DNA from: a virus
Taxonomy: Duplodnaviria; Caudoviricetes
DNA: 53,791 bases
Virus record (IMG/VR): IMGVR_UViG_3300048041_000085
Span: 1 to 53,791 of that record
Direction: 5' to 3' (one strand)
Shown: positions 9,597 through 17,418 of the stretch, piece after piece
Layout of the letters: every line of letters begins with the position of its first letter
How positions within the stretch are numbered: the stretch's first letter is position 1
Notes under the pieces: model-generated
The model's input: the letters and a program-made list of their open reading frames with translations, nothing else
What the model was told of the DNA's origin: nothing
Databases searched by the model: none
Made by a program: the position numbers and the translations under genes

Positions 9597-9877
9597 CACA
9601 AAACAAGTTTTCAAGACCAACTATATCTACTGCTGACAAAGAAAAAAAGGCTGAAGAGTTTATAGGCTTTATGGACAAAGTAGCCGATGAGAAAACAAAA
9701 GAGCGTACAACTGAAAAAGAAGATACGCACCTTTTTTCCTTTAGAATCCCAATCTCTCTATTTGATGATATGAAAGAGATATCTGCTTTATCAAGGATAT
9801 CTCTCAACTCTATCTGTTTAGATGCTATCCGGTCTTGTGTTAAGAAAAAACTGAAGGAGCTAAAGGAAGATGAATAG
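9593..9877 (+). CDS. Putative centromere-binding RHH protein (ParG-like partner of ParA)
   Basis: ATGA overlap with parA; flexible N-terminus (AEEFI) and FSFRIP..LFDDMKEIS....SLNSI ribbon-helix-helix pattern. Confidence 0.75.
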   Translation: MTQNKFSRPTISTADKEKKAEEFIGFMDKVADEKTKERTTEKEDTHLFSFRIPISLFDDMKEISALSRISLNSICLDAIRSCVKKKLKELKEDE

Positions 9878-10085
9878 ATTTAGAGTACATATCACATTTG
9901 CAAATGGCGTACATACTATAGATGGGCCAAGATTTGAAACAGCTGAAGAGGCTCAACGTTTTTGTGAAAACTCTATAAAATTTAGAGAAGGAACTATCTT
10001 TGAAATTTGGAAACTTGGTGAAGATCCTACCCCTGATAAATTAGATATTGTGGGAAAATTAAACATCGATTGGGAATATCAATAA
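9870..10085 (+). CDS. Hypothetical protein
   Basis: Overlapping ORF in par operon. Confidence 0.55.
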   Translation: MNRFRVHITFANGVHTIDGPRFETAEEAQRFCENSIKFREGTIFEIWKLGEDPTPDKLDIVGKLNIDWEYQ

Positions 10086-10095
10086 GAGCTGAAAG

Positions 10096-10383
10096 ATGAG
10101 GGATAATATGGGAGATGGAATTGATGAACTATTGCCTCGAGAAAAATCATATAGGGTATGGCAAGGGCTAGGATTATATCTAGAAGTAATACCTAACGGT
10201 AGCAAGTATTGGCGTTTTAAATACAGATTTAATAAAAAAGAAAAGCGTCTTGCGTTAGGTGTCTATCCTGAAGTTTCTTTATCAAAAGCACGTATAAATT
10301 GTCTAAGGGCCAGGAGTCTTTTGAAAGAGGGAATAGATCCGTCAGTATTAAAACAAATTTATAAACGTGCAATGGGAGTATAG
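10096..10383 (+). CDS. Stand-alone integrase arm-type DNA-binding domain (DUF4102/Arm-DNA-bind_3)
   Basis: GLYLEVIPNGSKYWRFKYRF.KKEKRLALGVYPEVSL..AR....GIDP; stop follows, no catalytic domain. Confidence 0.9.
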   Translation: MRDNMGDGIDELLPREKSYRVWQGLGLYLEVIPNGSKYWRFKYRFNKKEKRLALGVYPEVSLSKARINCLRARSLLKEGIDPSVLKQIYKRAMGV

Positions 10384-10385
10384 AT

Positions 10386-10679
10386 ATGGGTGCTTGTTAT
10401 TATGCCTACAACGAAAAAGAAAAGAAATATTTCAAACCCCCTAAACATAAAGATAAGGGTTATGACTTAGGCGACAAAGCCTATCAAATATACCAGCCAT
10501 GGAATCCTTTCCCTAATATGCTTTTGATGATGAATGTATATACAACAGATATCTTCGATGAAGATTATTGGAAGTTAGGATCAGATGAAGCTATAACTTC
10601 ACCAGGCAATCTTGATGATTATGAGGATATTACAGAACAAGTTTACAAAAAGTATCTATATCATACTGTCCATGATTAG
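10386..10679 (+). CDS. Hypothetical phage protein
   Basis: ORF with GGAG SD in operon. Confidence 0.55.
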   Translation: MGACYYAYNEKEKKYFKPPKHKDKGYDLGDKAYQIYQPWNPFPNMLLMMNVYTTDIFDEDYWKLGSDEAITSPGNLDDYEDITEQVYKKYLYHTVHD

Positions 10680-10692
10680 CGCTGAATAATAA

Positions 10693-10766
10693 TCGGAAAT
10701 CGTCTAACGGTAGGACAACAGGTTTTGGTCCTGTTAATATTGGTTCGACTCCAGTTTTCCGATCCA
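10693..10766 (+). tRNA. tRNA-Gln (anticodon UUG)
   Basis: Acceptor TCGGAAA/TTTCCGA, anticodon stem ACAGG/CCTGT with TTG at 10725-10727, TTCGA T-loop, encoded CCA; U1-A72. Confidence 0.92.
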
Positions 10767-10772
10767 GTTTTC

Positions 10773-10913
10773 CTAATTTATGCGCAGCTGTCCTGATATC
10801 AGTCGGGGGAGGAGGGTGTCACGGAGTTTTGCGAGAGTTTGTACTTGTTCTACGCCGCGATTTATATAAGAACTGGCTTTTGCCAGGGTTGTAAATACCC
10901 ACTCAGATTCCAT
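10773..10913 (-). CDS. hsdS: 46-aa mini-HsdS (type I RM specificity subunit with both TRDs deleted in frame)
   Basis: ATG overlaps hsdM 3' end; MESEWVFTTL..YINRG (HsdS N-terminus) fused to QTLAKLRDTLLPRLISGQLRI (conserved HsdS C-terminus). Confidence 0.75.
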   Translation of the reverse strand: MESEWVFTTLAKASSYINRGVEQVQTLAKLRDTLLPRLISGQLRIN

Positions 10914-12339
10914 ATCCAAGACCTCCGAGCTTCTGTCTAATAACTTCATCGAGCTCTGTGCCTTTCGCCATTTGCTCACTCAACTGTTTGGTCAGTTTCA
11001 GCATTAGGGTGTTAAAGTCTTCATCCGTATCTTCTACATCTTCAACACCCACATAACGACCTGGTATTAATACATGCCCATGCTTTGCAATATCCGAGAT
11101 CTTCACGCTACAACAAAACCCGGGTACGTCTTGATATGTTCCAGCATCTTTCTCACCTCGCCAAGCGTGATACGTACCCGCAATGCGTGCTACGTCTTCA
11201 TCTGTTAATTTTTTTCGTGTACGATCAACCATCACTCCTAGTTTGCGAGCATCAATAAAAAGCACTTCACCACGACGATCTCGCCAACCGTTTCCTGGGT
11301 TTTTGTTGCGTGTGAGAAACCATAAACATACTGGAATTTGTGTTGAATAGAAAAGTTGACCAGGTAGAGCAACCATGCAATCCACAACGTCTTGTTCAAC
11401 CATCTCACGGCGTATAACATCTTCATCTGATTGCGCTGATGACATTGATCCATTAGCGAGGACTACACCCGCACTACCATTAGGGGCAAGATGATGAATG
11501 ACGTGTTGAAGCCAAGCGAAGTTAGCATTGCTAACAGGTGGTGTTCCGTATTTCCAGCGCACATCTTCTCGTAATCGTTCACCTTTCCAATTAGAAATAT
11601 TAAAAGGGGGATTGGCAAGAATGTAATCCATTTCCATATTGGGAAACTCATCATTAAGAAGAGTTCCTTCATTATTCCAACGTATATCTGAGTTCATATT
11701 GTGCATAGCAAGATTCATCTTTGCCAAACGCCAAGTTAAGCGATTTAATTCTTGCCCATAAAATGTAATATTTCCAGTATGCGTTTTGTTGCTATGCATA
11801 AACATACCACCAGAACCACAAGTAGGATCATAAATACGACCATGAAAAGACTGAAGCATCTCAACTAGTAATTGGACCACAGAGCATGGTGTATAAAATT
11901 CACCACCAAGTTTACCTTCAGCACCAGCAAATTGACCAAGGAAATATTCATAAACACGACCCAATATGTCTTTAGATTCTTTACTATCATTCTCAATCTT
12001 AGAAATAAGTAAAATTAATTCACCTAAACTTTGTTGATTAATTTCAGATCTTTCATAGTCTTTTAATAAAATATCTTTGAGTGATTCATTATTCTCTTCG
12101 ATAGATAACATTGCATTATCAATTAATGTGCCAATCTTTGGTTCTTTTGCATTATCTTTAAGATATGACCACTTAGCATTATCACGAATTAAAAAACAAT
12201 TTGAATCAGAAATATATTTTAGGAAAATTAATCCAAGAACAATATGCTTATAATCAGAATATTCTATATTGCCGCGCAATTTCTCTGAGATTTTAAATAA
12301 TTGATTTTCAAAAGACGGGGTTGTTGATTCAGATTTCAT
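10903..12339 (-). CDS. hsdM: Type I RM methyltransferase subunit (N6-adenine)
   Basis: LGLIFLKYISD, GEFYTP, YDPTCGSGGM (motif I), NPPF (motif IV), PGRYVG; no hsdR in genome. Confidence 0.95.
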   Translation of the reverse strand: MKSESTTPSFENQLFKISEKLRGNIEYSDYKHIVLGLIFLKYISDSNCFLIRDNAKWSYLKDNAKEPKIGTLIDNAMLSIEENNESLKDILLKDYERSEINQQSLGELILLISKIENDSKESKDILGRVYEYFLGQFAGAEGKLGGEFYTPCSVVQLLVEMLQSFHGRIYDPTCGSGGMFMHSNKTHTGNITFYGQELNRLTWRLAKMNLAMHNMNSDIRWNNEGTLLNDEFPNMEMDYILANPPFNISNWKGERLREDVRWKYGTPPVSNANFAWLQHVIHHLAPNGSAGVVLANGSMSSAQSDEDVIRREMVEQDVVDCMVALPGQLFYSTQIPVCLWFLTRNKNPGNGWRDRRGEVLFIDARKLGVMVDRTRKKLTDEDVARIAGTYHAWRGEKDAGTYQDVPGFCCSVKISDIAKHGHVLIPGRYVGVEDVEDTDEDFNTLMLKLTKQLSEQMAKGTELDEVIRQKLGGLGYGI

Positions 12340-12356
12340 TAATTATTCATTCTTCT

Positions 12357-12408
12357 TGATTTCATTATAACATCATTATAACATCATTATAACATCATTA
12401 CGATGTCA
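12357..12408. repeat. Second 11-bp-period box array upstream of hsdM
   Basis: TGATTTCA-TTA-(TAACATCA-TTA)x3-CGATGTCA; same box as upstream of parA. Confidence 0.75.
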
Positions 12409-12724
12409 AGAGACTAATATTTGTGAGTTTGGTATGCATATTGGTATTTCTCTTACAGTTTTTGAGTTCACCGCGATGAGGTGGTCACAATCTGTGACCA
12501 ACTGAAAATGAAAGCCAGTTGTGAAATTCCATAAGTTTACAAATTCTTTCCTTTTTTCTAAACGCTAATTTTTCATTAAAGCTAATGATTATGCCAAGTT
12601 ATAGTCAATTTTATGGTGCGAAAAATAACACTACATTCGCTCAATTTTGCGATCTATTCTCCAAGGTATGTTCAAGCGATCACAAGATTGCTTATGAAAC
12701 GTCATAAACCAAAGGAGTAAAAAA

Positions 12725-12916
12725 ATGGCACTTAATAAATTTATCCGCGAACCTGAATGTTTCTTAATTACAGGATTAAGTCGTCCGACCAGATGGAGAC
12801 TAGAACGCGACAACAAATTCCCTAAACGTCATAAGATATCGCAAAATACAATTGGATGGTTAGAAAGTGATATTGAGGCCTGGATCAATAGTAGAGTAAA
12901 TAACTCTCATGAATAA
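12725..12916 (+). CDS. alpA: AlpA-family regulator / excisionase
   Basis: FIREPEC..ITGLSRPTRWRLE....FPKR.KIS.NTIGWLESDIEAWI. Confidence 0.9.
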   Translation: MALNKFIREPECFLITGLSRPTRWRLERDNKFPKRHKISQNTIGWLESDIEAWINSRVNNSHE

Positions 12917-12969
12917 CCGTATAAACATCATTACGATGTTGTAAGGATAGAAGTATGAGGGATAATTAA

Positions 12970-13869
12970 ATGACAAAGAAATTTAAATTTATCGATTTGT
13001 TTGCAGGCATAGGAGGGTTCCACCATGCCTTTCATGATCTTGGTGCGGAATGTGTCTTTGCCTCGGAAATAGACCCTCATGCTCGAAAAAGTTACGAGTA
13101 TAACTTAAAAGGCATATCTCCTAAGTTATTTTCTTCTAATAAATTTAATGATGATATTTTAAAAATCGCCAATGATGCTATAGACGAAGAAATCCCCGAC
13201 TTTGATATTTTATGTGCAGGATTTCCATGTCAACCATTTAGTCAGGCAGGATTTAAGCGCGGCTTTAAAGAAGAAAAAGATTCTCGTGGAAATATGTTTT
13301 TTAAAATAAGGGATATAATAAAAGTTAAGAGGCCTAAAGTTATATTTCTTGAAAATGTTAGATATCTTCTAAAACATGAAAACGGTGAAACATTCTCAAT
13401 TATAAAAAATATTTTAGAAAAAGAATTAGAATATGATTTGCATTATGAAATAGTAAAAGCTTCCGATTTCGGTCTGCCACAGCATAGACCCAGACTTTTT
13501 ATAATAGGTTTTAGGAAGGAAGATAAATATATAAAACCCTTCAAACCGCCGATAAAAATACCTTTAAAACTAACTATGTCCGACATATTCGGTGGTGTTT
13601 GCAACTCAACGATAGGATATACCTTAAGGGTTGGCGGGAGAGGTTCGGGACTTAATGATAGAAGAAACTGGGATTCTTATTTGGTTAATAATCTGCCTAT
13701 TCGTTTAACTTCTAAAGAGGGACTTGCAATGCAGGGATTTCCGAAAGATTTTAGATTTCCCGTATCGGAGAGCCAAGCTATGAAACAGCTCGGCAATAGC
13801 GTTGCCGTTAATGCTATTAAAGCTTATGGAAAAGCTATTATAGAAAGGCTAAACTCATCCATTATCTAA
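12970..13869 (+). CDS. Orphan C5-cytosine DNA methyltransferase
   Basis: FIDLFAGIGG, GFPCQ, ENV, PQHRPR, QLGNSV motifs; no adjacent endonuclease. Confidence 0.95.
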   Translation: MTKKFKFIDLFAGIGGFHHAFHDLGAECVFASEIDPHARKSYEYNLKGISPKLFSSNKFNDDILKIANDAIDEEIPDFDILCAGFPCQPFSQAGFKRGFKEEKDSRGNMFFKIRDIIKVKRPKVIFLENVRYLLKHENGETFSIIKNILEKELEYDLHYEIVKASDFGLPQHRPRLFIIGFRKEDKYIKPFKPPIKIPLKLTMSDIFGGVCNSTIGYTLRVGGRGSGLNDRRNWDSYLVNNLPIRLTSKEGLAMQGFPKDFRFPVSESQAMKQLGNSVAVNAIKAYGKAIIERLNSSII

Positions 13870-14065
13870 CAGGGCATATCGTGGCAATGGCGTGTAGAAA
13901 GATCAGCTGAGATTGATCAAATCGCTCTAAAACCAAACAATTCTTATCATAGTCGACAATCACACCATCTAATTTGATGCCATTTATGAGATACATCATA
14001 ACTTTTGTTTGCCTATGCATAAGGGAGGCTAGAAAAACAGTTTCTATTTTAGATTCAGTTCTCAT
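13862..14065 (-). CDS. hfq: Hfq-family RNA chaperone (divergent)
   Basis: FL..L, YLINGIKLDG.I..YD, SQLIFLHAIATICP align in register with Hfq Sm1/Sm2. Confidence 0.9.
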   Translation of the reverse strand: MRTESKIETVFLASLMHRQTKVMMYLINGIKLDGVIVDYDKNCLVLERFDQSQLIFLHAIATICPVR

Positions 14066-14090
14066 TAATTATTCCTTCTTTTTGCTATCG

Positions 14091-14591
14091 TTATGATGTC
14101 GAATTGCTATCATTATGATGATGTTTTGATGGCATTATGAATGATAGTCCATCATCTTTCCATCTCATGTGCTCATTAAAATATTCATCATTTCTAATTT
14201 TATTTATGAGATCAAAATTAGCTCCAGAGTCTATAGATTGAATGAGGTGGATATGCTTAATAATCCCATTGCTATTGCTTTCCTTATAAGGAGATAGGAT
14301 CTTAAACCATATTTGATGTTTATTTTCGAAAAGATAAACCCAAAAGGCTAAGCATCTATGGGAACCTTCTAAGAAGGTATGAGTATTAGCTTGGAACGTA
14401 TGAACACAAACAGGACAGTAGAAAAATCCTTTGTTTGATTTATATTTATCATAATTATAAGAGATTTTCTTCCTAGGGTGGCTCTTATGTCCGCAATTCA
14501 AACAATGAATGCAATCTGGGAAACGTAACTTAATTAATAAGTGATCATCTTCAAGTGTATATTTTAGGTAATCTTTGTATGGTTTTCCCAT
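14091..14591 (-). CDS. IS1595-transposase-like zinc-ribbon protein, no DDE domain
   Basis: LRFPD..HCLNCG...CPVC..F......F.EGSH..L..W resembles IS1595 N-terminal Zn ribbon. Confidence 0.55.
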   Translation of the reverse strand: MGKPYKDYLKYTLEDDHLLIKLRFPDCIHCLNCGHKSHPRKKISYNYDKYKSNKGFFYCPVCVHTFQANTHTFLEGSHRCLAFWVYLFENKHQIWFKILSPYKESNSNGIIKHIHLIQSIDSGANFDLINKIRNDEYFNEHMRWKDDGLSFIMPSKHHHNDSNSTS

Positions 14592-14912
14592 TTCTTATTC
14601 TTTTTTACTTTCCGTCTTAATCAATGCCTTTTCTCGCATCGCATTTCTTTTCATAACGCTTGCTTTTTTGTAATTCAAGCAATACTTCCAGTTCTTTTTA
14701 CGTTTAAGCTTATGGGATGTCACTTTTTACTTTCCATAATGCACATTATGCGACAGACCAATATGAGGAAGAAGATAATTGACTAGCCCTTGTATAAGCA
14801 AGAGCTAGTCGTGCATACATACCTATAACATGAATAAAAGTCATATGCACAAAAGGGTTCCAGGTGTAACTCTCTCAAGATATATTATATACTACTCAAT
14901 ATCTGAGTTCAA

Positions 14913-15191
14913 CTAATTAGGCTTCTCTTCATCATCACAAATCATCAATTTCAATGTATTTATATTTAGTATAAACTTGTCAATGAGACTTTGCGCATAC
15001 CCTTTGTCAATTTTCTGCACCGAATAAATACAAGAAGCAATAATACTACCTGCAATTGAAAGATGTTGCTGTGGATGATGCAACGAATTAATCTCAGGCG
15101 TTATTTTTTCTATGACGTTTACCACATCTTGTACATCATCACTTTTTTCTATTTTCTCTAATTGTTCGAATGTCATTAATTTAATTGTCAT
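14913..15191 (-). CDS. Hypothetical protein
   Basis: ORF overlapping upstream gene. Confidence 0.55.
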   Translation of the reverse strand: MTIKLMTFEQLEKIEKSDDVQDVVNVIEKITPEINSLHHPQQHLSIAGSIIASCIYSVQKIDKGYAQSLIDKFILNINTLKLMICDDEEKPN

Positions 15192-15480
15192 CTTCTCTTA
15201 CCTTTATGTATTCATCCCTAAGAATATCTACCAACATCTTTTTTAACTCATATTTTGCATCATTAAAGTCTGTAATCGTTATCAATACAAAGTTCCTCAA
15301 CATCTCTTTATATAAAGGTTTATTATCATAGTGATAAAAGATCACGTTATCAGCTAAGTCTCTGATATTTGTATTGTCTGAATCATCTAGTGCTATCATC
15401 AATTGAAGCAGAGGCTCTTTAACCTTTTTAAAGAAATTTAGTGCAATTTGTTCTAAGCATTGTCTTTGATGCAGTAGCAT
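15181..15480 (-). CDS. Hypothetical protein
   Basis: ORF track. Confidence 0.5.
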   Translation of the reverse strand: MLLHQRQCLEQIALNFFKKVKEPLLQLMIALDDSDNTNIRDLADNVIFYHYDNKPLYKEMLRNFVLITITDFNDAKYELKKMLVDILRDEYIKVREDDN

Positions 15481-15546
15481 TAGCTAATATCTACAGAAAC
15501 TGAACTATTAAGCATCAGACGCCCCACAAAACAGTTGTGTATATCG

Positions 15547-16149
15547 CTAAACTTCATCAGGTGCTCCTGGAAATTTATCGGGATAAAGATTATCTATTAA
15601 TGCTGTTCCTCTATTAACGCCAATTGGGATTAATGTTTCATCGTCATTATCCTCTATTTCCTTAATTCTATCCTTACACAATTGACGATTCAAAACTATC
15701 CATTTTCCCTTCTCAGTTATCCAACAACCTTGTAAACAAGTCCCATAATCAACCAAATCTTTTCCATGAAATAAGCATAATAGGGTATTTATGTATTTTT
15801 CTAAGCCCAGATGAATGGCATGCTTTGTTCTATCCGATAGGTAATCAGATAAAGTAAGGTGAGCATAGAAAATGTTTTTCAATTTCTCTAAAGTATTATT
15901 ACCTACATAGTTATCCATGCCATTATACAAATGCTTAAGAATGGTTAAGCAATCATTATCATCAAAGTTATTTGAACCTGTAAAACCTAAAAAATGAGAT
16001 AAAAGCGTATCCGTATTATCTAAGTATATGTAACCTTTGTTAGGATCACTTACCCACATACCAGAATCTGGATCTTCTATCATATAAGCCAAACCAAAAG
16101 GACAATTCGATGCTCTGTATATATCAGCCCATTTGTTTACTTCATTCAT
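15547..16149 (-). CDS. Hypothetical phage protein
   Basis: 200-aa ORF coupled to upstream gene. Confidence 0.6.
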   Translation of the reverse strand: MNEVNKWADIYRASNCPFGLAYMIEDPDSGMWVSDPNKGYIYLDNTDTLLSHFLGFTGSNNFDDNDCLTILKHLYNGMDNYVGNNTLEKLKNIFYAHLTLSDYLSDRTKHAIHLGLEKYINTLLCLFHGKDLVDYGTCLQGCWITEKGKWIVLNRQLCKDRIKEIEDNDDETLIPIGVNRGTALIDNLYPDKFPGAPDEV

Positions 16150-16646
16150 TTTTCTTCTTCTTTCTTATCTGATTTAAAAGCTTCTTTTATTTCATCTACA
16201 GTATCATACCCACCACCTTCACCACGATAATGAATAACAAACTTATCTATATGGCCATTAAACTCAAACTCATGGATGAAATCTTCAGACATTACAGTCC
16301 TATATAATGGATTTAACATCAAAGGATCTGCAATATCTGGAGGATAAACACGCTCTTGAATAGCTTTCTTTAATGCTTCCATGCGATCTGGTGAATTCTT
16401 TAAATCTTTCAATTCAGATAACAAATCAATTTTTCTAGCACTTGCTAACGCATCCTTAGCGAGTTTATAAGCCTCAATGAAATCGTTGATTTTACTCTCA
16501 GGATACATAATAAACGCATTAATCAAATCTAGAAGGTCCAAACGATCCCTACACGTAGAGCCTTCTGTAGCCCTTAAAAAGGCTTTCTCGAATCTAGAAC
16601 AATCACGATACTTTAGTAGAAATTGATCAATAGGATTTATAATCAT
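16146..16646 (-). CDS. Hypothetical protein
   Basis: 166-aa ORF. Confidence 0.6.
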   Translation of the reverse strand: MIINPIDQFLLKYRDCSRFEKAFLRATEGSTCRDRLDLLDLINAFIMYPESKINDFIEAYKLAKDALASARKIDLLSELKDLKNSPDRMEALKKAIQERVYPPDIADPLMLNPLYRTVMSEDFIHEFEFNGHIDKFVIHYRGEGGGYDTVDEIKEAFKSDKKEEEK

Positions 16647-16701
16647 CTATTAGCCTTCTTACTTCTAAGTTTGCGTTTTGTTTTCGTTAATTTCTTCTTC
16701 A

Positions 16702-16851
16702 TTACAACACCGCCTCAATAATCTCTGGATCAGCCTCAACAATCTCCTCAACCACATCTTCGACGATAAATTCATCTTCTTTGGGTAAGCAATAAAAGCC
16801 TATACCAGCTACGAGGAGAACAATCAATAGACCTAATTCATACTGTTTCAT
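16702..16851 (-). CDS. 49-aa single-TM acidic membrane protein, candidate lysis accessory
   Basis: MKQYELGLLIVLLVAGIGFYCLPKEDEFIVEDVVEE..; ATGA-coupled to endolysin stop. Confidence 0.6.
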   Translation of the reverse strand: MKQYELGLLIVLLVAGIGFYCLPKEDEFIVEDVVEEIVEADPEIIEAVL

Positions 16852-17354
16852 TGGTTTAATCCCTTCAACAAAGCATCCATCTCCCCAATCGTATACATTG
16901 CTGGTAATTCATGGCTTCCCAGCTGTACGTGATCTGAATCTGTTGCTGGCTCTGGCCAATTACGCCCTGGTGTTAACCCCACCAATAAAGCTTGTGCTGC
17001 CAGAATATCATAAATAGGACCACCCGCCATGTCTCCATCAACGAATATGTCACAAGCTTTTCCTATGAGATGATAGCTATAAATGAATGTGTGAGTAACC
17101 TGAGGACCATTAGCCTGAGGCCCTACGCCTTGCAATACCGATGCCGCATAAGGCGCATCATTAGCAATCAACATCGCTATCTCAGCATTAACTTGATCAG
17201 TTGTCCTGCTTTGTCGCCATAGCTTAGCCTGTTCTTCCAATGTCCGAATGCCATAATATGGATTAACAGTGTGTCCGAGTGCTTCCATATTTGTTAATAG
17301 CTCTTGAAGCAATTGGGCGAATGTAGGGTCTAGTTTTGTAAAATCAATTGTCAT
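16848..17354 (-). CDS. Endolysin, M15-family (L-Ala-D-Glu peptidase-like)
   Basis: RTLEEQAKLW.Q.RT, SYH..GKACD, D..HVQ zinc-peptidase motifs; probable start MTIDF (ORF open to 17384). Confidence 0.85.
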   Translation of the reverse strand: MTIDFTKLDPTFAQLLQELLTNMEALGHTVNPYYGIRTLEEQAKLWRQSRTTDQVNAEIAMLIANDAPYAASVLQGVGPQANGPQVTHTFIYSYHLIGKACDIFVDGDMAGGPIYDILAAQALLVGLTPGRNWPEPATDSDHVQLGSHELPAMYTIGEMDALLKGLNQ

Positions 17355-17418
17355 TTTCTTACCTTCTTTATGTGTATTTTTCATAAAATAAAAAATTATT
17401 CTAATTTATTCAAGTGTT

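Noticed and set aside
10096-10766. Integrated prophage with integrase and tRNA att site
   Set aside because: Only the arm domain is present, with no R-H-R-Y catalytic domain. I saw no duplicated tRNA 3' end and no host flanks, and the ends circularise.
10914-10979. 68-aa ORF-track start for hsdS
   Set aside because: The extension lies within hsdM; HsdS-like sequence begins at the ATG at 10913
12357-12408. CRISPR or mini-array
   Set aside because: 8-bp boxes with 3-bp gaps, no unique spacers and no cas genes
14091-14591. Active IS1595 insertion sequence
   Set aside because: No DDE domain, terminal inverted repeats or target duplication seen
12970-14591. Complete type II RM system
   Set aside because: No convincing endonuclease next to the C5 MTase; neighbours are alpA and hfq
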